Part shown: positions 5,987 to 11,483 of the stretch, one piece after another
How the letters are laid out: each line of letters starts with the position of its first letter
Numbering within the stretch: the stretch's first letter is position 1
From: a virus
Taxonomy: Duplodnaviria > Heunggongvirae > Uroviricota > Caudoviricetes
Virus record (IMG/VR): IMGVR_UViG_2778261300_000001
Span: 1-11,483 of that record
DNA length: 11,483 bases
Reading direction: 5' to 3' (one strand)
Notes under the pieces: generated by a model
Databases searched by the model: none
What the model was told of the DNA's origin: nothing
Seen by the model: only the letters and a program-made list of their open reading frames with translations
Position numbers and translations under genes: made by a program

Positions 5987-7366
5987 ATGGATCATGAGTT
6001 GAAAAACTTGGTGCTGAATATTAATCAACTGGCGGCTTTATCTGGTCTGCACCGCCAGACTGTCGTGGCAAGACTGAAAAACATTCGTCCCGCTGGTGGA
6101 CATGACAAACTCAAGCTATATCGGTTGACCGATATTCTGACTGAATTTATGGGGTTACCACCGCCGGTTGCTGAGGGCGAAATGGATCCACATGAACGCA
6201 AAGCCTGGTATCAGTCTGAACGTGAGCGTCTTAAGTTCGAACAGGAAACGGCACAACTCATTCCGGCCAGTGATGTCAGACGGGAGTTTGCCATCTGGGC
6301 AAAAGCGGTCGTGCAGGTGCTGGAGACATTACCGGATATTCTGGAACGTGACTGCGGCCTGCAGCCTGCCGCTGTGAGCCGTGTTCAGTCCATTATTGAT
6401 GATCTGCGCGATCAGATAACCGAATCCCATCTCGGCAAGGAGCTGCTGGAAAAAGTCGAGCTAACGGAGGATAACGCCAGCAAACTGGAGGAGTTTTCGA
6501 AAGAGTGGCAGGACGCTAACGATAAGTGGAATGCTATGTGGGGCGTCAAAATTGAGCAGACCAAAGACGGCAAACATTATGTCGCGGGTATTGGCCTCAG
6601 CATGGAGGACACGGAAGGAGGCAAGCTGAGCCAGTTTCTGGTTGCCGCTAACCGTATCGCGTTTATTGACCCGGCAAACGGGAATGAAACGCCGATGTTT
6701 GTGGCGCAGGGCAATCAGATATTTATGAACGACGTGTTCCTGAAGCGCCTGGCGGCCCCGACCATTACCAGTGGTGGAAATCCACCGGCATTTTCCCTGA
6801 CATCAGACGGAAAGCTGACCGCTAAAAATGCGGATATCAGTGGCAGTGTGAATGCGAACGCCGGGACGCTCAACAATGTCACGGTAAATGAAAACTGTAC
6901 GATTAAGGGCATGCTGGAGGCGACCCAGGTCAGAGGGGATTTCGTTAAAGCTGTATCAAAAGCCTTCCCGAAAAAAGTCGGTACGTGGGGTAACACGGAA
7001 ACACCAAACGGTACGGTTACAGTCACCATCAGCGATGATCATAACTTTGACCGCCAGATTATTATTCCGCCCATTATTTTTAACGGTATAGCGTATGACG
7101 ATCCGGGGAGCGGAAATAACCCAGGAGGCACGCGATACACGGGTTATGGTTTTGAAGTTCGCAAAAACGGCGTATTAATCGCATCCAGAGAAACTAAAGG
7201 GGCCATTCCCGGTAGTTACAGTGCAGTTATTGATATGCCTAGTGGTGGTGGTAGCGTCACTCTGGAGTTTAAGATTTTCCAGAAAGGCAATCAGGGGGCA
7301 GGCAATATCACCGACTGTACGGTGATTGTGACCAAAAAAGCGGCTTCCGGCATCAGTATTCGTTGA
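5987..7366 (+). CDS. In-frame chimeric ORF (459 aa): small-terminase (Nu1-type, HTH) N-terminal region fused to the C-terminal receptor-binding region of tail tip / host-specificity protein J; deletion scar of the morphogenesis region
   Basis: N-terminus [32 protein letters not shown]... is HTH-like and sits where Nu1 would be, downstream of the cos-like site with GGAGG RBS. From about residue 185 onward ([86 protein letters not shown]...) it is near-identical to the lambda J C-terminal region as I remember it. It is followed by lom, as J is in lambda. Confidence 0.8.
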   Translation: MDHELKNLVLNINQLAALSGLHRQTVVARLKNIRPAGGHDKLKLYRLTDILTEFMGLPPPVAEGEMDPHERKAWYQSERERLKFEQETAQLIPASDVRREFAIWAKAVVQVLETLPDILERDCGLQPAAVSRVQSIIDDLRDQITESHLGKELLEKVELTEDNASKLEEFSKEWQDANDKWNAMWGVKIEQTKDGKHYVAGIGLSMEDTEGGKLSQFLVAANRIAFIDPANGNETPMFVAQGNQIFMNDVFLKRLAAPTITSGGNPPAFSLTSDGKLTAKNADISGSVNANAGTLNNVTVNENCTIKGMLEATQVRGDFVKAVSKAFPKKVGTWGNTETPNGTVTVTISDDHNFDRQIIIPPIIFNGIAYDDPGSGNNPGGTRYTGYGFEVRKNGVLIASRETKGAIPGSYSAVIDMPSGGGSVTLEFKIFQKGNQGAGNITDCTVIVTKKAASGISIR

Positions 7367-7388
7367 AATATTTATAACCCCAATAAAT

Positions 7389-7415
7389 GGCGTCAGGAAT
7401 GACGCCTTTTTTATT
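7389..7415 (+). terminator. Intrinsic terminator after the J-derived ORF (stem GGCGTCA/TGACGCC, loop GGAA, T6)
   Basis: 7389-7395 pairs with 7400-7406, followed by TTTTTTATT. Confidence 0.65.
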
Positions 7416-7436
7416 GCAGAAAAGCGAGAGGTAATT

Positions 7437-8036
7437 ATGCGTAAAGTTTGTGCAGCCATTTTGTCCGCAGCCATTTGTCTGGCCGTATCCGGTGCGCCTG
7501 CATGGGCGTCTGAACATCAGTCCACGCTGAGCGCGGGGTATCTTCATGCCCGGACCAACGTTCCCGGCAGTGATGATCTGAACGGGATTAACGTGAAATA
7601 CCGTTATGAGTTTACGGATACGCTGGGGCTGGTGACGTCATTCAGCTATGCAGGAGACAAGAATCGCCAGCTGACCCATTACAGCGATACCCGCTGGCAT
7701 GAAGATTCCGTGCGTAACCGCTGGTTCAGCGTAATGGCGGGGCCGTCTGTGCGCGTGAATGAATGGTTCAGCGCGTATGCGATGGCGGGTGTGGCTTACA
7801 GCCGTGTGTCGACTTTCTCCGGGGATTATCTCCGCGTAACTGACAACAAGGGGAAAACGCACGACGTGCTGACCGGAAGTGATGACGGTCGCCACAGCAA
7901 CACGTCTCTGGCGTGGGGGGCTGGCGTGCAGTTTAACCCGGCCGAATCCGTGGCCATTGATATTGCTTATGAAGGCTCCGGCAGTGGCGACTGGCGCACT
8001 GACGGTTTCATCGTGGGTGTCGGTTATAAGTTCTGA
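7437..8036 (+). CDS. lom: Lom outer-membrane protein (Ail/Lom/OmpX family beta-barrel), 199 aa with signal peptide
   Basis: Signal peptide MRKVCAAILSAAICLAVSGAPAWA, and a C-terminal ...GFIVGVGYKF beta-barrel terminus. It sits between J and stf as in lambda. RBS is AGAGG. Confidence 0.9.
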   Translation: MRKVCAAILSAAICLAVSGAPAWASEHQSTLSAGYLHARTNVPGSDDLNGINVKYRYEFTDTLGLVTSFSYAGDKNRQLTHYSDTRWHEDSVRNRWFSVMAGPSVRVNEWFSAYAMAGVAYSRVSTFSGDYLRVTDNKGKTHDVLTGSDDGRHSNTSLAWGAGVQFNPAESVAIDIAYEGSGSGDWRTDGFIVGVGYKF

Positions 8037-8062
8037 TTAGCCAGGTAACACAGTGTTATGAC

Positions 8063-8090
8063 AGCCCGCCGGTTCAGGCGGGCTTTTTTG
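8063..8090 (+). terminator. Intrinsic terminator after lom (8-bp stem AGCCCGCC/GGCGGGCT, 6-nt loop, T6)
   Basis: 8063-8070 pairs with 8077-8084, followed by TTTTTT. Confidence 0.65.
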
Positions 8091-8100
8091 TGGGGTGAAT

Positions 8101-11100
8101 ATGGCAGTAAAGATTTCAGGTGTACTGAAAGATGGCACAGGAAAACCGGTACAGAACTGCACAATCCAGCTGAAAGCAAAACGTAACAGCACCACGGTGG
8201 TGGTGAACACGCTGGCCTCAGAAAATCCGGATGAAGCCGGGCGTTACAGTATGGACGTTGAGTACGGTCAGTACAGCGTTATTCTGTTGGTGGAAGGATT
8301 CCCGCCGTCACATGCCGGGACCATCACCGTGTATGAAGATTCCCGACCCGGTACGCTGAATGATTTTCTCGGTGCCATGACGGAGGATGATGCCCGTCCG
8401 GAGGCACTGCGCCGCTTTGAACTGATGGTGGAAGAGGTGGCGCGTAACGCGTCCGTGGTGGCGCAGAACACAGCAGCCGCGAAGAAGTCAGCCAGCGATG
8501 CCAGCACATCAGCCCGTGAGGCGGCAACCCGTGCGACTGATGCTGCAGGCTCAGCACGCGCAGCCAGTACGTCAGCCGGACAGGCCGCGTCGTCGGCTCA
8601 GTCAGCGACTTCCAGCGCAGGAACGGCATCAACAAAGGCCACTGAAGCATCAAAAAGTGCTGCCGCTGCAGAGTCCTCAAAAAGCGCGGCAGCTACCAGT
8701 GCCAGTGCCGCGAAAACGTCAGAAACGAATGCGGCAGCGTCACAAAAATCTGCAGCCACTTCTGCATCCGCCGCGACCACAAAGGCGTCAGAAGCTGCCA
8801 CCTCAGCCCGGGATGCGGCGGCCTCAAAAGAGGCAGCGAAATCATCAGAAACGAACGCATCATCAAGCGCCAGTAGTGCCGCTTCCTCGGCAACGGCGGC
8901 AGGAAATTCCGCGAAGGCGGCAAAGACGTCCGAGACGAACGCCAGGTCTTCTGAAACGGCAGCGGGACAGAGTGCCTCAGCTGCGGCAGGCTCAAAAACA
9001 GCGGCTGCGTCGTCTGCCAGTGCAGCGTCAACAAGTGCCGGGCAGGCCTCAGCCAGTGCTAGCGCCGCCGGAAAATCGGCAGAAAGCGCCGCATCGTCCG
9101 CTTCAACAGCCACAACGAAGGCTGGCGAAGCCACTGAACAGGCCAGTGCAGCAGCGAGGGCTGCTTCCGCAGCGAAGACATCCGAAACGAACGCGAAAGC
9201 GTCGGAAACCAGCGCAGAATCCTCAAAAACGGCTGCCGCATCGTCCGCCAGTTCGGCGGCGTCATCGGCATCATCTGCGTCTGCTTCAAAAGATGAGGCG
9301 ACCAGACAGGCGTCAGCAGCAAAGGGCAGCGCCACGACGGCATCCACGAAGGCGACAGAGGCTGCTGGCAGTGCGACGGCGGCAGCACAGAGCAAAAGTA
9401 CGGCAGAATCCGCAGCAACGCGCGCTGAGACAGCGGCAAAACGTGCAGAGGATATTGCATCCGCCGTGGCGCTTGAGGATGCGAGCACGACGAAAAAGGG
9501 GGTAGTACAGCTCAGCAGTGCGACCAACAGCACGTCTGAAACGCTGGCGGCAACGCCAAAGGCAGTAAAAGCAGCCTATGACAATGCAGAGAAACGTCTG
9601 CAGAAAGACCAGAACGGTGCTGATATTCCCGACAAGGACCGCTTCCTGAGTAACATTAATGTTTACAGCAAAGGTGAAGTGGATCAGAAAAAGGGGATGC
9701 GATACGTTGTGGTAAATGCCCCGGCGGGTGTCCAGGAAGGTAAATATTATCCGTTAGTGATAAAAAGGAATGACAGCCATCGGGCATCCCGCGTTGTCAT
9801 TTCAACGCCAAGTCGCTCAGCTAATCACAGAATGAATAATTGTGAGTTTAATGGTTTTGTTTGCGCAGGCGGCTGGACGGACCGGGGTAGCTATGCCTGT
9901 GGTATGTTCTGGGCTTATTCATCATCGGAACGCGCTATTCATTCCATTCTGATGAGTAATAAAGGCGATACCGTAGACAGCGTATTCTATATAGAAGGTG
10001 GGGCATTTCCCGTAGAGGTCTTTTTAGAAGAAGGTCTCTCCGTTACTGCACCTGCTTCTGATTATATTGTTGCTGAAACGACTTATAAATTTGGCGCAAC
10101 TGATCCTTATTCTGAATCAGTTGCGGTAAATTTAATTTTAGATTTTAAACAAGGTAATGGATTTTATAGTTCGTATCCTGTTTTGAGTAAGTCAGACATT
10201 AGCGGGAATAAGATTTACGCTAATGATGAAGTTATTGTCCGTAGTCAGAACGCGTTAAGGATGATTGCAGGTGATTACGGTGTCATATGGCGAAATGATG
10301 GAGCAAATACTTACTTGCTCATGACTGATAAAGGCGACCAGTACGGTGGCTGGAACGGTCTTCGACCATTTGCAGTAAATAACGCAACAGGTGAAGTGAC
10401 GATCAATACACCACTTAATTCTCCTAAGGGGATTAAGGGAAATTCTGATACAGCTACGAAACTTCAGACAGCAATAAAAATATCTGGTGTTTCGTTTGAT
10501 GGTTCTACTGATATCACTTTAACCGCTGCGCATGTTGCTGCTTTTGCCAGAAGAGCAACGGATACGTATGCCGATGCGGATGGGGGCGTTCCCTGGAATG
10601 CCGAATCAGGCGCTTACAATGTCACCCGCTCTGGCAACAGCTATATTCTGGTTAACTTCTATACCGGAGTCGGAAGTTGCCGGACCTTGCAGATGAAGGC
10701 GCATTACAGAAATGGTGGTCTGTTCTACCGTTCTTCAAGAGACGGTTATGGTTTTGAGGAAGACTGGGCAGAAGTTTATACCTCGAAAAATCTTCCACCA
10801 GAAAGCTACCCAGTCGGCGCACCAATCCCGTGGCCATCAGATACCGTTCCGTCTGGTTATGCCCTGATGCAGGGGCAGACTTTTGACAAATCTGCTTACC
10901 CGAAACTTGCAGCCGCTTATCCGTCAGGCGTGATCCCTGATATGCGTGGCTGGACGATTAAGGGCAAGCCCGCCAGTGGTCGTGCCGTATTGTCTCAGGA
11001 ACAGGACGGCATTAAATCGCACACCCACAGCGCCAGCGCATCCAGTACGGATTTGGGTACGAAAACCACATCGTCGTTTGATTACGGCACTAAATCCACG

Positions 11101-11483
11101 AATAACACCGGGGCGCATACCCATAGTATTAGCGGGACAGCAAATAGTGCCGGTGCGCACCAACACAAGAGTTCCGGTGCATTTGGTGGCACGAACACGA
11201 GCATTTTTCCTAATGGTTATACTGCGATTTCAAATCTAAGCGCGGGGATTATGAGCACAACAAGCGGTACTGGCCAGACTCGTAATGCAGGGAAGACATC
11301 ATCAGATGGTGCTCATACCCACTCACTGTCCGGCACTGCTGCAAGCGCAGGTGCACACGCACATACTGTCGGTATTGGTGCTCATACGCACTCCGTTGCG
11401 ATTGGTTCACATGGACACACCATCACCGTTAACGCTGCTGGTAACGCGGAAAACACCGTCAAAAACATCGCATTTAACTATAT
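8101..11483 (+). CDS. stf: Side tail fiber protein Stf, 3'-partial (at least 1127 codons; continues past the window end)
   Basis: N-terminus [80 protein letters not shown] is the conserved lambda Stf / StfR N-terminus. I translated the frame by hand from 8101 to 11483 and met no stop. It contains a long Ala/Ser/Thr-rich repeat region and C-terminal GAHTHS-type His repeats. It is missing from the ORF track, which appears to list only complete ORFs ending in a stop. Confidence 0.9.
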   Translation, partial: MAVKISGVLKDGTGKPVQNCTIQLKAKRNSTTVVVNTLASENPDEAGRYSMDVEYGQYSVILLVEGFPPSHAGTITVYEDSRPGTLNDFLGAMTEDDARPEALRRFELMVEEVARNASVVAQNTAAAKKSASDASTSAREAATRATDAAGSARAASTSAGQAASSAQSATSSAGTASTKATEASKSAAAAESSKSAAATSASAAKTSETNAAASQKSAATSASAATTKASEAATSARDAAASKEAAKSSETNASSSASSAASSATAAGNSAKAAKTSETNARSSETAAGQSASAAAGSKTAAASSASAASTSAGQASASASAAGKSAESAASSASTATTKAGEATEQASAAARAASAAKTSETNAKASETSAESSKTAAASSASSAASSASSASASKDEATRQASAAKGSATTASTKATEAAGSATAAAQSKSTAESAATRAETAAKRAEDIASAVALEDASTTKKGVVQLSSATNSTSETLAATPKAVKAAYDNAEKRLQKDQNGADIPDKDRFLSNINVYSKGEVDQKKGMRYVVVNAPAGVQEGKYYPLVIKRNDSHRASRVVISTPSRSANHRMNNCEFNGFVCAGGWTDRGSYACGMFWAYSSSERAIHSILMSNKGDTVDSVFYIEGGAFPVEVFLEEGLSVTAPASDYIVAETTYKFGATDPYSESVAVNLILDFKQGNGFYSSYPVLSKSDISGNKIYANDEVIVRSQNALRMIAGDYGVIWRNDGANTYLLMTDKGDQYGGWNGLRPFAVNNATGEVTINTPLNSPKGIKGNSDTATKLQTAIKISGVSFDGSTDITLTAAHVAAFARRATDTYADADGGVPWNAESGAYNVTRSGNSYILVNFYTGVGSCRTLQMKAHYRNGGLFYRSSRDGYGFEEDWAEVYTSKNLPPESYPVGAPIPWPSDTVPSGYALMQGQTFDKSAYPKLAAAYPSGVIPDMRGWTIKGKPASGRAVLSQEQDGIKSHTHSASASSTDLGTKTTSSFDYGTKSTNNTGAHTHSISGTANSAGAHQHKSSGAFGGTNTSIFPNGYTAISNLSAGIMSTTSGTGQTRNAGKTSSDGAHTHSLSGTAASAGAHAHTVGIGAHTHSVAIGSHGHTITVNAAGNAENTVKNIAFNY
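8460..9480 (+). repeat. Low-complexity Ala/Ser/Thr-rich coding repeat region inside stf, with a recurring 23-nt unit encoding AK(T/S)SETNA
   Basis: Units GCGAAAACGTCAGAAACGAATGC (8709), GCGAAATCATCAGAAACGAACGC (8836), GCAAAGACGTCCGAGACGAACGC (8920) and GCGAAGACATCCGAAACGAACGC (9182). GCN-rich codon composition generates long shadow ORFs in other frames. Confidence 0.7.

Larger units (their letters stand above)
1..11483. mobile_element. Segment of a defective lambdoid prophage (DLP12 / phage-21-like): nin module, Q, porin moron, lysis cassette, cos-proximal region, Nu1/J deletion scar, lom, stf
   Basis: Gene order and protein sequences match lambdoid late-region synteny (nin genes - Q - S/R/Rz - cos/Nu1 ... 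J - lom - stf). Head and tail morphogenesis genes between Nu1 and the J C-terminus are absent. Confidence 0.85.

Noticed and set aside
5770-5997. 75-aa GTG-initiated ORF overlapping the cos-like region and the Nu1-type start
   Set aside because: Translation is dominated by F/L/I/C from AT-rich sequence, with no RBS; the region is better explained as cos and terminase-binding DNA. I looked for a ylcI-like small gene ending just before the Nu1-type start, but no frame fits.
6168-7547. ORFs 6168..6377 (+), 6715..7029 (-), 6888..7091 (+), 7175..7474 (-), 7353..7547 (-) inside or antisense to the Nu1/J chimera and lom
   Set aside because: The J-derived frame is near-identical to the lambda J C-terminus as I recall it; these are alternative-frame shadows.
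7638-7895. 85-aa minus-strand ORF within lom
   Set aside because: Antisense to a well-supported lom gene.
8268-9533. Six long ORFs inside stf: 8498..9505 (+, 335 aa), 8598..9533 (-, 311 aa), 8324..8680 (-), 8268..8507 (-), 8693..9034 (-), 9059..9460 (-)
   Set aside because: All lie within the Ala/Ser/Thr repeat region of stf, where GCN-rich periodic codons keep other frames open. The stf frame is continuous from a conserved N-terminus.
10652-11239. ORFs 10652..10837 (-), 10924..11166 (-) and 10946..11239 (+) in the distal stf region
   Set aside because: Out of frame with or antisense to the continuous stf reading frame; no independent features.
1-11483. Search for CRISPR arrays, tRNA/rRNA genes, IS elements or integrase/attachment sites
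   Set aside because: No regularly spaced direct repeats with unique spacers, no tRNA-like cloverleaf candidates, and no transposase- or integrase-like ORFs were seen. The only repeats are the 11-bp tandem pair, the cos-region inverted repeat and the coding repeats in stf.

Overview
This window reads as one contiguous piece of a defective lambdoid prophage of the DLP12 / phage-21 type in an E. coli-like genome; all protein identifications are from reading the translations against remembered family sequences, with no database search run. Order, left to right: a nin-region module (NinB-like ybcN, ninE, ybcO, rusA, ylcG) and the late antiterminator quuD; an intact nmpC/OmpD-type porin moron on the opposite strand, bracketed by hairpin terminators; a phage-21-type lysis cassette (essD pinholin, rrrD SAR endolysin, rzpD/rzoD spanins); an AT-rich island carrying one uncharacterised minus-strand ORF; a cos-like sequence; a 459-aa in-frame chimera of a Nu1-type small-terminase N-terminus with the C-terminal receptor-binding region of tail protein J; lom; and the first 1127 codons of a side tail fiber gene (stf) that runs off the window end. 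I saw no rRNA, tRNA, CRISPR array or IS element. The most interesting items are the Nu1/J deletion scar, the cos-like site beside it, and the unidentified 106-aa Cys-containing moron ORF in the bor position. I found no clear multi-gene novel system; most of the window is recognisable prophage biology.
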